This document shows, piece after piece, positions 48,766-59,027 of a DNA stretch of 64,000 bases. Below the pieces are notes generated by a model. That model did not search any database. It saw only the letters and a program-made list of their open reading frames with translations, and was not told the DNA's origin. Where the stretch lies: the NCBI GenBank assembly GCA_963845145.1, contig CAWJQU010000001.1, positions 96,001-160,000 on the forward strand, written 5' to 3'. The translations under genes and the position numbers were made by a program. Each line of letters starts with the position of its first letter. Within the stretch, counting starts at the first letter, position 1. This stretch comes from an uncultured delta proteobacterium. GTDB taxonomy: Bacteria; Desulfobacterota; Desulfobacteria; Desulfobacterales; QNYZ01.

Positions 48766-49186
48766 AGCTAAATTTCATCAGCAACTCAGGATGCCGTGTA
48801 TGCTGGTCAATTTGCTCTTGTTCAATCGTAAATCCACATTTTTTATAGAATTCAATACTCTTTTGGTTTTTTTTGTAAACAGTAAGATTCAAGATAGCAC
48901 GGACATCTTTGGCTTTTTGAATCAGTTGTTTCCCGATTCCTTTTCCTTGATAACCTGGAGAAACAAAGATTGCTGCAATGGTATCATTGTACAAAGATAT
49001 AAATCCTTGGATTATCCTCTCTTCTCCATAGACATAGGTTTCTCCAGAAGGGATGTAGATTTCCCGCATATCTTTGACTTTTGATTTCCAAAAATCACTG
49101 GTAACAAAATCATGGGCTTTTATAGAGGCTTCAAGCCAGATACTGATGACCTGATCAATATCAGATTGTTGGAATTTTCGTATCAT
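48722..49186 (-). CDS. GNAT acetyltransferase (YjaB-like)
   Basis: IWLEASIKAHDF, FVSP.YQGKGIGK, N..S.EFY.K.GF. Confidence 0.9.
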   Translation of the reverse strand: MIRKFQQSDIDQVISIWLEASIKAHDFVTSDFWKSKVKDMREIYIPSGETYVYGEERIIQGFISLYNDTIAAIFVSPGYQGKGIGKQLIQKAKDVRAILNLTVYKKNQKSIEFYKKCGFTIEQEQIDQHTRHPELLMKFSSLHQVHSIDGNRLR

Positions 49187-49483
49187 TTATGTTTTGTGCT
49201 CATAACAAGTTATTAAGTCGTTTCCGCATATCAAGCGAATTTTTGTATTCTTGGTATGAAACAAGTAAAGCTTTTAGAAAACCTAACTTGTTATCCAGCG
49301 CATATGCAAGATAAACAGAAACAGTATAACCACAAATCTTTCAAATTGGATCATCTCTTGATCAATTACTTCAGGCCCTTTCAAGTCTCTCGCCGGTGTG
49401 TTTTCTCATCCACCGCCAATTCATACCATGACATCATTCTCGATAATGACCTGATTGAAATCTCATCAAACATTATTCGCCCA

Positions 49484-49978
49484 TCAAAGCCATCTCCGGC
49501 GATGATTGTTTTCAAGTATTAACGCCATAGGGATAAAACGAATACCGTTTTTAACCTTTTCATCCTCAATACCTTTGAACCCAAACCTTTTATAAGCATT
49601 AGAGGCGTTGGGCGAGGAATTAACCGTGATTTTTTTAATATCCAGGTTTCGTTTCCTGCACATCTCAATAGATCGTCTGATAAGTTCTCTGGCGATTCCT
49701 TTACGCTGGTGCTGCTTCTCAACAAAAAGCAGCGCTATATGATTATTTTCGCGTATCTCTATGATACCAATGATTTTTTGTCTAGTTTCAGCGAATAGGA
49801 TTATATTTCCGGACCTTAGTCTTTCTGCTAAAGCATCAGCACAAACGAATTTTTTGAACTCTGTAATACCTTCTTGAGAATATTCGGGCGCAACAAATTC
49901 AGTAAAAACGTTTATTACGAGATCAACGGCTCTGTCTTCATCGCCTGGCTTCATTGGTGTAAAAGATATTTGTGCCAT
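49484..49978 (-). CDS. GNAT acetyltransferase
   Basis: HIALLFV...HQRKGIA, ITVNSSP.A..AY..FGF, NGIRF.PM. Confidence 0.9.
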   Translation of the reverse strand: MAQISFTPMKPGDEDRAVDLVINVFTEFVAPEYSQEGITEFKKFVCADALAERLRSGNIILFAETRQKIIGIIEIRENNHIALLFVEKQHQRKGIARELIRRSIEMCRKRNLDIKKITVNSSPNASNAYKRFGFKGIEDEKVKNGIRFIPMALILENNHRRRWL

Positions 49979-50077
49979 TCGATCTACCTTCTTGAAGCAA
50001 ACAATTGATTATTCAAATATTTTTATCGCTACGAAGGACATGTGTCACCTCCTAATCCAGCCTATCAGATAGGCGGC

Positions 50078-50137
50078 GTCTAATGTGCGAGTTGACCGGC
50101 GGCCTTCAGCGATTCCGCGTTGAATGTCTTATTATAG
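50078..50137 (-). other. Degenerate attC site
   Basis: Minus strand CTATAAT-AAGACATTCAACGCGG...CCGGTCAACTCGCAC-ATTAGAC; each outer box is one change from consensus. Confidence 0.45.
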
Positions 50138-50145
50138 AGTGTATA

Positions 50146-51399
50146 TCAATCAATAGCGGCACGACTTCTTCTCATTATACCATTTACTTTCGGATCGATC
50201 AGCTCAGGCGAAGTCTTTAGGACAATAATATTGCCTGGGTGAGCGCTTTGAAGGGTTTCACCTTTTTCACTTTCCATTGATTCAATGGTAACTGATTGCA
50301 GTACCAGCCCCTCCCCCATATTTTCGATAACATCCCCAACTTCAACCCTGTTTCTTACCTCAATCAGGATATGATTATTTGTGCTGCGTATCACGGCAAC
50401 CGGCTCTGTCATTTGGTCTGCACGGGAGGTTTCATACAACATATCTTGATGGGTTGGTTTATCTTTCATAAAATTGGATGTTATGCCGCGTGTTCCGGTT
50501 TTCTTAATTTCCTCCAGCATTGCGTGTGGCAGGACAATATTGGATGGCTCATTCCAGGCCGATTCAGGTAGTTCTTTTAAAAAATCAAGTGCGGCCCGGT
50601 ATACCCGTACAACGCCGCCAACATAAAATATGGACTTCATCCGCCCTTCTATCTTGAAAGAATGAACCCCTGCCGATATAAGTTCAGGAAGGATTGTAAG
50701 CAAACAGAGATCTTTTGAGTTAAAAATATAGGTACCACGTTCATCCTCTTCTACAGGGAAAAACTCTCCCGGCCTTTTTTCTTCTGTGACGGCATAATGA
50801 TATCGGCATGGGTGTGCGCATTGCCCCCTATTGGCATCACGATCCGTAAAATAGTTTGAGAGCAGGCACCTCCCGGAATAGGATATGCACAAGGATCCAT
50901 GAACAAAGACCTCGATCTCCCCGCTCACCTTATTTCTAAGTTCAGTGATTTCGGCAAGGGACAGCTCTCTTGCAACATTTAAGCGTGTAATGCCTTTCTT
51001 AAACCAAAAATCTGCCGAGGCATAATTGGTCACATTGGCTTGCGTTGAAAGATGAATGGATAACTTGGGTACTGTTTTTTTTGCAATATCTACGATACCC
51101 GGATCAGCGACGATTATTGCGTCAACACTGTTTTGGTGCAGGAAAAGCAGATATTCTTCCAACCCTTGCAGATCACGATTGTGGGCGAGGATATTTACCG
51201 TTACATAAACTTTTACATGATTTTTATGGGCATAGTTTATGCCGGTGATCATCTCTTCTTTAGAAAAATTGCCGGCCTTTGCCCTGAGACTTAGATTTTT
51301 ACCACCTAGGTATACCGCATCTGCACCATAGTGTATGGCTGTGATCAGTTTTTCTAAATTTCCTGCCGGCGCTAAAAGCTCTGGAATTACTGGTTTCAT
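50146..51399 (-). CDS. Peptidase U32 family protein (TrhP/YegQ-like)
   Basis: PELLAPAG, GADAVY.G, H.STQ, E.FVHG.LC.SYSGRC..S, N.G.C..PCR, KIEGRMK. Confidence 0.92.
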   Translation of the reverse strand: MKPVIPELLAPAGNLEKLITAIHYGADAVYLGGKNLSLRAKAGNFSKEEMITGINYAHKNHVKVYVTVNILAHNRDLQGLEEYLLFLHQNSVDAIIVADPGIVDIAKKTVPKLSIHLSTQANVTNYASADFWFKKGITRLNVARELSLAEITELRNKVSGEIEVFVHGSLCISYSGRCLLSNYFTDRDANRGQCAHPCRYHYAVTEEKRPGEFFPVEEDERGTYIFNSKDLCLLTILPELISAGVHSFKIEGRMKSIFYVGGVVRVYRAALDFLKELPESAWNEPSNIVLPHAMLEEIKKTGTRGITSNFMKDKPTHQDMLYETSRADQMTEPVAVIRSTNNHILIEVRNRVEVGDVIENMGEGLVLQSVTIESMESEKGETLQSAHPGNIIVLKTSPELIDPKVNGIMRRSRAAID

Positions 51400-51466
51400 A
51401 AAAGAAAAAAATCACCACTTTCTGCATCAATCCCATAATGGGTTGAGTCGAACATCGAAGGATAGG

Positions 51467-51844
51467 CTATGACCTCAACATTTCACAAATGTCACCAATG
51501 ACTTTACTTAACCTTTTATTTGATAAAGATTTCGTGGAGTATTCTTGATTTGAATCTATAGCATTTGAACTATTGTTGAATGTTTCAACGATCTTCTTTT
51601 TGGCCCATTTTTTAGCTGCAAAACCGGGTGCAATTACACAGTTTTTAGGTGAGTACCAAAATTCCACAGCAGTGGAATCGATTGCCTTTATGACAGTATC
51701 TTCATCGGTCGGCAATGCGGTAACGCAACAGATTGCTAATTCCTTAATATTATAGGCAACCATAAGCTCATCGGCCGATATTATTATTAAGGGATATATT
51801 GGCTTTCTAAAATAGATATTAAATTCTATTTGGTCTTGAGACAT
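51467..51844 (-). CDS. Hypothetical protein
   Basis: 125-aa AT-rich ORF; no motif recognised. Confidence 0.5.
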   Translation of the reverse strand: MSQDQIEFNIYFRKPIYPLIIISADELMVAYNIKELAICCVTALPTDEDTVIKAIDSTAVEFWYSPKNCVIAPGFAAKKWAKKKIVETFNNSSNAIDSNQEYSTKSLSNKRLSKVIGDICEMLRS

Positions 51845-51995
51845 AGTTTGAGATTTACCTATTAAAAAATTATACCGGCCCCAGGTCTTCCAGACCGATA
51901 ATTTTACCGCGCTGAGTTGTTAGGACAAATAGTATCAGAACTATTGCCAATTGGCCCCTTTTGCGTAAAATATTTTGGCTCAATCCAATTTAAGT

Positions 51996-52445
51996 TTAAG
52001 ACCAATTCTGTATTTCGATTATATTCCCCTCAGGATCAGTCATATAGACAAAGGTCAAAAAGCCAACACCATCGATTTCTTTTGTTGAAATTTCACCTAA
52101 GCCGGTACCGCCATGAGAAAGGACCTGTTTTCGGGTTTCTTCGACATCATCAACATGAAATGCGATGTGACCAAACCCTTTTCTATTGGCCAAAGGGTGT
52201 AAATTCTTCTCGGTTTTTTCATACTGATAAATCTCAAGAGTAGGGCCATGATCCCCAAATCCAGGCAATCGAAGATGCATACCTTTGAGATGCGCCTTCT
52301 TTACACCCGTCCCCTTATCCAACCATGATCCCGATAAATCTCTTTCTGGAGGCACAGGTTTACATTCGAATACTTTTTGGTAAAAATCGGCCAGTTTTTT
52401 CCAATCGGTGCTGACAATATTGGTGTGTGTGTATTTTATAGACAT
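51996..52445 (-). CDS. VOC/glyoxalase family protein
   Basis: HTNIV..DW..L..FY, GFGHIAF.VDD, Y.TDPEGNIIE. Confidence 0.9.
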   Translation of the reverse strand: MSIKYTHTNIVSTDWKKLADFYQKVFECKPVPPERDLSGSWLDKGTGVKKAHLKGMHLRLPGFGDHGPTLEIYQYEKTEKNLHPLANRKGFGHIAFHVDDVEETRKQVLSHGGTGLGEISTKEIDGVGFLTFVYMTDPEGNIIEIQNWS

Positions 52446-52515
52446 TGTGAAAAATTCCTTTGTTGAGAAGATATAGACAATCCTTTTTTAAACTTCCTGT
52501 CAATACTAAAAAAGT

Positions 52516-52671
52516 GATGAAATTGTAGAAAATCATCAAAAGGGATGGCAAAGTAAAAAGTCCAAGTTCAAGGCGTCGCGAATCCGGTGTGATGAGGCGT
52601 ACTTATCGTACGCCGCAATCACGACGGGATGAAGCGCAACGCAGTCGCCACGGGCGGATTACGAAGCCATC
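52516..52671. repeat. ~155-bp dispersed palindromic repeat, copy 2
   Basis: Near-identical to 14928-15081. Confidence 0.85.
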
Positions 52672-52942
52672 AAAAAGTAAAATTTCACCGATTCAGGTTG
52701 GCTGTTTTTTTAGTCCATTAGATGTCTTTCATTGTGTCAAAGCAACCCTTAAAAATATCAAAAGAGCCTAAAAATATGGCGTCTATGGTATCCTTTTCCT
52801 GTTTTGCCTGATATGATTTGTTTTTTATAGCGACGAACCCAAAATCAAACCCTTTTTCATAAAAATGATACCATAGGCCATGAATTAGTCCATGAATTTG
52901 GTCTCAATGACGATTCAAAATCTTTTATAAAATGAGGATATC

Positions 52943-54151
52943 GTGGAGAAATTGACCGATGATCAGGTTGATTCGATTGAGAATCGCACGTTAAAAAGCC
53001 AAATCGGGCCGATTCTTCTCTTAACCTCGGTTTTTTTTCTTAATTTCATTTCCCGCATTGCCCTCGCTCCCATCATGCCCAATGTGGTGTCCAATTTGAA
53101 ATTGAGTAATGCCGATGCTGGTTCTTTTTTTCTATTTATTTCAATTGGATACTTTACCACTTTACTGGGTTCCGGGTTTTTATCTGCCTATTTTACCCAT
53201 AAAAAAATCATCAGCGGTTCAATACTGGCGGTCGGCCTGGCCTGTTTCTTGATTTCGGTCAGCCAGGGAATCTGGAGTATCCGTCTTGGTCTGCTGTTCC
53301 TCGGAATGGCGGCGGGGCCATATATCCCAACGGGAATGGCAACACTGACGGCATTAACAACCTCACGACATTGGGGAAAGGTTATTGCCATTCATGAAGT
53401 GGCGCCCAACCTCGCTTTTATTGTGGCCCCCCTGGCAGTGGAAGCCATTTTACTCCAATTTTCATGGCGGGCCGTGTTCGTTCTGATAGGTACCCTGGCA
53501 GTGATTCTGGCCGTTGTCTTTGCACGTTTCGGGCGTGGTGGTGAATTTAAAGGTCAGGTTCCAAATGTCGCCTCAATGAAGGCTCTTTTTGGCAATCCTG
53601 CTTTCGGCATCATGATTGTTTTATTCAGTTTAGGGATCAGCGGCACACTGGGTCTGTTTACGATGTTGCCGTTATATCTCGTATCTGAGCAGGGGTTTGA
53701 CCGAAGCTGGGCCAACACATTGATCGCTTTGTCCCGAATCGGTGGGCTCGGTATCGTTTTTTTCGGCGGTTGGACTGTGGATCGGTTTGGCCCCAAACGG
53801 GTGCTCAAAATCGTTTTTGCCTTATCGGGCGTACTGACCCTATTGCTGGGGCTGGTGCCTAAAAGCTGGATTTCCCTCATAATCATTCTGCAGCCCCTTG
53901 TAGCGGTCTGCTTTTTTCCGGCCGGGTTGGCCGCATTATCCATGATAACCTCTCCAAAAGAACGTAATATTACGGTATCTCTCACCGTCCCCTTGGCCTT
54001 TTTAATCGGTGGTGGTGTCACACCGGCATTGATCGGCTTTTTCGGTGATTTTGGTTCGTTTGCATTGGGGATCGGCATTGTCGGTGGTATGACCCTTGCC
54101 GGAGCAATCCTTCCAGGGTTCCTGAAATTTTATGAACACCCTGATGAATAA
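52943..54151 (+). CDS. MFS transporter
   Basis: About 12 hydrophobic segments; GW.VDRFG.K motif. Confidence 0.88.
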   Translation: MEKLTDDQVDSIENRTLKSQIGPILLLTSVFFLNFISRIALAPIMPNVVSNLKLSNADAGSFFLFISIGYFTTLLGSGFLSAYFTHKKIISGSILAVGLACFLISVSQGIWSIRLGLLFLGMAAGPYIPTGMATLTALTTSRHWGKVIAIHEVAPNLAFIVAPLAVEAILLQFSWRAVFVLIGTLAVILAVVFARFGRGGEFKGQVPNVASMKALFGNPAFGIMIVLFSLGISGTLGLFTMLPLYLVSEQGFDRSWANTLIALSRIGGLGIVFFGGWTVDRFGPKRVLKIVFALSGVLTLLLGLVPKSWISLIIILQPLVAVCFFPAGLAALSMITSPKERNITVSLTVPLAFLIGGGVTPALIGFFGDFGSFALGIGIVGGMTLAGAILPGFLKFYEHPDE

Positions 54152-54192
54152 TTATTGACCTGTGATTGAACGATCTCCCCTTATTTTTTTTC

Positions 54193-54236
54193 TTGACACC
54201 CTCACCCTTAGAACGTATCTAAGTATGCCAACATAC
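54193..54236 (+). promoter_or_regulatory. Putative sigma70 promoter and GTATG-N4-CATAC palindrome upstream of gntR
   Basis: TTGACA (54193) -17 bp- TATCTA; palindrome at 54223-54236. Confidence 0.4.
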
Positions 54237-54315
54237 GAGCATGCTCGATCCAAATCAAATGCACTGGCCCTTTTAAATTGAGATCGCTTGACGCCTCGGG
54301 TTTAAAAAAAAGGAA

Positions 54316-55053
54316 TTGATTGTGACTATTCAGTCCATCCCCCTGTTTATTCAGGTGGCCGAAACCATTAAGAAACGTATCTTAAGCCACGAGTACGGAT
54401 TGGGAGGGGCGATCCCATCGGCCAAAAAGTTGGAAAACGAGTTTAACGTCAGCAACATCACCATCCGTCGCGCCATGGAAGTGCTTACCTCGGATGGCTA
54501 TATCATTCCCCGCCGAGGTACGTGTGCCCAAGTCGCCGAACGACAAAATGATGTCGTTGAAATGGAAATTACCGGTGACTTTTGGAACTGGATCGATACA
54601 GTCGCCGGACGAAAATTGGCCATCGCGGCAGAAGTTATCGACCGGCAGGTGATTGAATGTCCTGAACCGATTCGCGCAATGTTGTCACTAAAATCGGATG
54701 AAAAAGTAGAGCGCATCAAGCGTATTCGTAAATGGAAAGATGAACCGATATCCTTTTTCATTAACTACGGTCCCGCAAAATATTTAAAACAATTGACCAA
54801 CCGGGATATTGAAAAGCAGACCTTTATCGAAGCCTTCCAAAGAGTATGCCGGGTCAAACCGGAGTCGGTGGAACAAAAGGTCCAGGCCACAACGGCCGAC
54901 ATGGATCTCGCGGCCATATTACAAGTTAAATTCGGCTTTCCCTTGTTTTTTATGCAAAATATCTTTTTTTCGGAGAATAAAATACCCATGGCCGTGACCC
55001 ACATGTACTATCGATCGGACCGCTATGTTTATACGATCAAAAGAAACTTGTGA
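54316..55053 (+). CDS. GntR family regulator, HutC/UTRA subfamily
   Basis: PLF.QV, IPS...L..EF.VS.ITIR.A, C-terminal YRSDRY. Confidence 0.88.
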   Translation: MIVTIQSIPLFIQVAETIKKRILSHEYGLGGAIPSAKKLENEFNVSNITIRRAMEVLTSDGYIIPRRGTCAQVAERQNDVVEMEITGDFWNWIDTVAGRKLAIAAEVIDRQVIECPEPIRAMLSLKSDEKVERIKRIRKWKDEPISFFINYGPAKYLKQLTNRDIEKQTFIEAFQRVCRVKPESVEQKVQATTADMDLAAILQVKFGFPLFFMQNIFFSENKIPMAVTHMYYRSDRYVYTIKRNL

Positions 55054-55120
55054 TAAAATGGGTAAAGCGTAAGCGATTTAAGCATCTATTTGATAATCCA
55101 AATTAAAAGAGGAGACTAAA

Positions 55121-56215
55121 ATGACAAACACCTATCAAATCGCCGTGATTCCCGGCGATGGCACCGGACTCGAAGTGGTTAATGAAGGCCGAAAAGCGAT
55201 GCAAGCGGCCGCCGACCGCTTTGGGTTTAATCTGGAAATGACGGATTTCGATTTCGGCGGGGAACGCTACCTTCGCACCGGCGAAGTGCTCCCCGAAACA
55301 GCGGTAGCTGAACTTCAAACGTTTGATGCCATTTACCTGGGTGCTATCGGTCATCCGGATGTCAAACCCGGCATTTTGGAAAAAGGCATCTTATTAAATC
55401 TTAGATTCGAACTGGATCAGTATATCAACCTGCGACCGGTACGCCTCTATCCCGGTGTGGCGACCCCACTTAAAGATAAAACGCCGGAAGATATCGACTA
55501 TGTGGTCATTAGAGAAAACTCAGGGGGAATCTACACGGGTACCGGCGGCATCTCCATGAAGGGAACACCTCATGAGGTCGCTGTTCAGAGTATGGTCTAC
55601 AATCGTTTCCAGGTAGAGCGCTGTCTTCGCTATGCTTTTGAGTATACCCGTAAATTCGGAAAAAAAGCGCGAGGTAAGGGTGATACCAATACGCTGGGCC
55701 TGGTGGGTAAAACCAATGTGCTGACCTACGTATTTGACCTTTGGGAGCGGGTTTTTCATGAAATCGGCGAAAAGGATTATCCCGATGTAAAACGGGAATA
55801 CTACCATGTGGATGCCACCTGCATGTGGATGGTTAAAAGCCCCGAATGGTTTGATGTATTGGTGACCTCCAATATGTTTGGCGATATCATTACCGACCTG
55901 GGCGCCGAAACTCAAGGCGGTATGGGTATTGCCGCGGGCGGTAATATCAATCCCGAAGGCGTCAGCATGTTCGAACCCATCGGTGGTTCAGCGCCCAAAT
56001 ACACCGGCCAGAACATTATCAATCCGTTGGCCGCCATCTGCGCCGGCGCCATGATGCTGGAAACCCTGGGAGAAACCCAAGCGGCCACGGCCGTGGAGGA
56101 AGCGGTTAAAAAAGTGACCGGTACCAAAATAAAAAATCTGGGTGCCGGGAAAATGGGTTATTCCACCAGTGAAGTTGGCGACCTGGTTGTCGAAAATATC
56201 AAAGGCGATGCTTAG
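55121..56215 (+). CDS. leuB: 3-isopropylmalate dehydrogenase
   Basis: [41 protein letters not shown]. Confidence 0.88.
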   Translation: MTNTYQIAVIPGDGTGLEVVNEGRKAMQAAADRFGFNLEMTDFDFGGERYLRTGEVLPETAVAELQTFDAIYLGAIGHPDVKPGILEKGILLNLRFELDQYINLRPVRLYPGVATPLKDKTPEDIDYVVIRENSGGIYTGTGGISMKGTPHEVAVQSMVYNRFQVERCLRYAFEYTRKFGKKARGKGDTNTLGLVGKTNVLTYVFDLWERVFHEIGEKDYPDVKREYYHVDATCMWMVKSPEWFDVLVTSNMFGDIITDLGAETQGGMGIAAGGNINPEGVSMFEPIGGSAPKYTGQNIINPLAAICAGAMMLETLGETQAATAVEEAVKKVTGTKIKNLGAGKMGYSTSEVGDLVVENIKGDA

Positions 56216-56277
56216 ATGATACTTGGTTACAGCCGTTTGATAAGCATACGACTACAAACATAAGGCAGAGCAGGCCC

Positions 56278-57090
56278 TTGGAAAATAATAGCAAAAACTA
56301 CCAGTGGAATGCCGGTGAATATGCCCAACACTCCCAATCCCAGTTTGAATGGGCTTCCGAACTGATAGGGAGGCTAAATCTGCGGGGAGATGAGAGTCTA
56401 TTGGATATTGGCTGCGGTGACGGCAAAGTCACCGCGGCCATTGCCGAAAGCTTGCCGCATGGACGAGTGGTTGGCATCGACAGTTCAAAAGAGATGATTG
56501 CCCTGGCAAAAGACCGCTATGGCGATGCCCCTGATTCACACATCGTTTTCGAGCATAGGGATATTCGGGAATTGGCGGAAAATGATCGCTATGATGTTGT
56601 CTTCTCCAACGCCGCCCTGCACTGGATTAAAAACCATCCCCCTATTCTACACCGTATCGCAAAAGCCTTAAAAAGGGGCGGGTCCCTGCTTTTTCAAATG
56701 GGCGGCAAAGGAAATGCCGAACAAGTTATCACCATCGTGAAACGGTTGATTGAAGGAAAATGGGAAGAATACTTCAAAGATTTTGAATTCCCCTACGGTT
56801 TCCACGGCCCTGAAGAGTACTCGCAATGGCTGGTGGACGCCGGCTTGACGCCCCGCCGGGTCGAACTCATTGAAAAAGATATGCGTCACAAGGGAAGAGA
56901 CAAATTTGCCGGTTGGATCAAAACCACATGGTTGCCCTACCTGGAGCGTGTGCCGGAAGGTCGCAGAGAATCCTTTATTGAAGATATCACTGATTCTTAT
57001 CTCAATGCTCATCCTGCAGAGGATGATGGCACGGTTCATGTGGCCATGAAGCGATTAGAAGTCGAAGCCCTATGTGATAATGAAATTTAG
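56278..57090 (+). CDS. SAM methyltransferase (trans-aconitate methyltransferase-like)
   Basis: LDIGCGDG, FSNAALHW, RLEV.A. Confidence 0.85.
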   Translation: MENNSKNYQWNAGEYAQHSQSQFEWASELIGRLNLRGDESLLDIGCGDGKVTAAIAESLPHGRVVGIDSSKEMIALAKDRYGDAPDSHIVFEHRDIRELAENDRYDVVFSNAALHWIKNHPPILHRIAKALKRGGSLLFQMGGKGNAEQVITIVKRLIEGKWEEYFKDFEFPYGFHGPEEYSQWLVDAGLTPRRVELIEKDMRHKGRDKFAGWIKTTWLPYLERVPEGRRESFIEDITDSYLNAHPAEDDGTVHVAMKRLEVEALCDNEI

Positions 57091-57141
57091 ATCACATTTT
57101 TTGGAAATATGATAGACGCCTTAGCGGTTTAAACCGATCAA

Positions 57142-58272
57142 TCATAGATTGCACCAGCGCCGCATTATTTCAGTATATATTTCCACCGCCTGTTCAATCT
57201 GTTCTATTTTACAATATTCATCGATTTTATGGGCCATTTCAGTCTCCCCCGGTCCTAGAATAACCGTTGGGGCATTGCCGTAGGCTGACGCTAATACAGA
57301 TCCATCAGTGAAATAAGGCGCGGTCTTAACCGTGGGACTGTATCCAAGAATTTTTGATGTGACATCAAATACGTCCTGCATCCATTCATCCGTTGGGGAT
57401 GTCCAAATGGCAGGTAAATCAGTGATTTTTTCCAGTGCAACAGAGGCGCCAAGATACTCGGCTATTTTGTCATACAATTGGGCATGATCCAGTCCAGGTA
57501 AAGATCTAATATCGATTTCAATTTGTGCCTCGTCCGGTACGGAATTTAAATTTTGTCCCCCCCGGATCGTACCGACATTTAAGGTCGGTACGCCCAAATA
57601 TTCATGCCGCTTGACATCAAATTCAAATTCTTCCAGTTTTAAAATCGCGTGGCACATTTTATAAATGGCATTATCGCCTAAATGCGGCATTGATCCGTGG
57701 GCTGCCTTTCCCCGGCAACATCCCTTCAACCACAGCGCCCCCTTATGGCCTACAAATGGCGCATTACCTGTCGGTTCAGCAACAACAATGGCCCCCGCAT
57801 TTCCGATTATTTCACGCTTGGAAGCTAGGTCTATTGCACCTTCGCAGCCGGTCTCTTCGCCCCCGGTGATCACCAGAACAATCCCCGGACTGGTATCCAA
57901 TTGGTCCCCCAGGCCCAGCGATGCACAAATAGCGGCAGAGATTCCACCTTTCATATCACATGTCCCACGGCCATAGATGCGGCCGTTATGGATCTCCGCG
58001 GCAAACGGATCGAAAGACCATTTTTGAGTGCCCAGGGGAACCGTATCGATATGGCCTGTAAAACAAATAGGCAGCTTATCAGCTTGCCCCCCACGCCGCG
58101 CAACAAGGTTTAACCGCTTGTCACCGAACGACTCGAGCCGAACCTTGAAGCCGCCCTGTTCTAAAATCTTCGCCAGAAAAGTGGCCGCATCCATCTCGTT
58201 TCCCGGAGGATTAATCGTATTATACGTCACCAACTTGCGAGCGAGTTCCAAAACTTTGAGTTTTGCCGACAT
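57142..58272 (-). CDS. M20 metallopeptidase (ArgE/DapE-like)
   Basis: GHIDTVP, GRG.CDMKGG, GEE, EPT, AHGS.P..G.NA, AH..DE. Confidence 0.92.
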   Translation of the reverse strand: MSAKLKVLELARKLVTYNTINPPGNEMDAATFLAKILEQGGFKVRLESFGDKRLNLVARRGGQADKLPICFTGHIDTVPLGTQKWSFDPFAAEIHNGRIYGRGTCDMKGGISAAICASLGLGDQLDTSPGIVLVITGGEETGCEGAIDLASKREIIGNAGAIVVAEPTGNAPFVGHKGALWLKGCCRGKAAHGSMPHLGDNAIYKMCHAILKLEEFEFDVKRHEYLGVPTLNVGTIRGGQNLNSVPDEAQIEIDIRSLPGLDHAQLYDKIAEYLGASVALEKITDLPAIWTSPTDEWMQDVFDVTSKILGYSPTVKTAPYFTDGSVLASAYGNAPTVILGPGETEMAHKIDEYCKIEQIEQAVEIYTEIMRRWCNL

Positions 58273-58304
58273 GATCACCTTTCTAAATATTAATAAATGG
58301 TATC

Positions 58305-59027
58305 CTATCCAAAATAAGCTTGGTGGACTTCTTTGTTTTTCAATAAATTATCGGCTTTTCCCTGCGCCACAATCCGCCCCTGTGAGAGGACATAACCGTA
58401 ATGAGAGATGGACAACGTCTGATGAACATTTTGTTCAACCAGAAACACTGTGATGCCTTGGCCGTTAATTCGATGAATAATATTGAAGTTTTCACTGACC
58501 AAAATAGGCGACAATCCAAGTGACGGTTCATCGATTAACAATACCTTGGGTGCGCTCATCAAGCCCCGGCCAATAGAAACCATCGCTTGTTCGCCCCCGG
58601 ATAAAGTACCCGCCAATTGCGTTTTACGGTTGCCAAGATGGGGAAAAATCTCATACACATGGTCCAAACGGATTCCAATCACTTTCTGTGAACGCTCCTG
58701 GTATCCCCCGAGACGCAAGTTTTCCTCTACAGTCAACTTGGAAAAAACCTTGCGCCCTTCTGGAATACAGGCAATCCCAGCAGCAATAATCTTATGAGTG
58801 GGCAAACCCACAAGATCGACATCTCCGATGCATATACGACCCGTTCTTGGCTGCGTCAAGCCGAGGATAGATCGAATCAGTGCTGTTTTACCGGAGCCGT
58901 TAGAGCCCAGGAGACAAGTAATTTTACCGGGTTTTACAGTTAAGGAAACATCCTGGAGAACATCAGCGGACCCATATGCAGTGTAAACTTTTTCGACGGC
59001 AAGGCCACAATTGTCGCTTAGTGTCAT
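58305..59027 (-). CDS. livF: Branched-chain-type ABC ATPase (LivF-like)
   Basis: GSNGSGKT, PEGR.VF, LSGGEQ.M, DEPSLGL.P. Confidence 0.9.
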   Translation of the reverse strand: MTLSDNCGLAVEKVYTAYGSADVLQDVSLTVKPGKITCLLGSNGSGKTALIRSILGLTQPRTGRICIGDVDLVGLPTHKIIAAGIACIPEGRKVFSKLTVEENLRLGGYQERSQKVIGIRLDHVYEIFPHLGNRKTQLAGTLSGGEQAMVSIGRGLMSAPKVLLIDEPSLGLSPILVSENFNIIHRINGQGITVFLVEQNVHQTLSISHYGYVLSQGRIVAQGKADNLLKNKEVHQAYFG

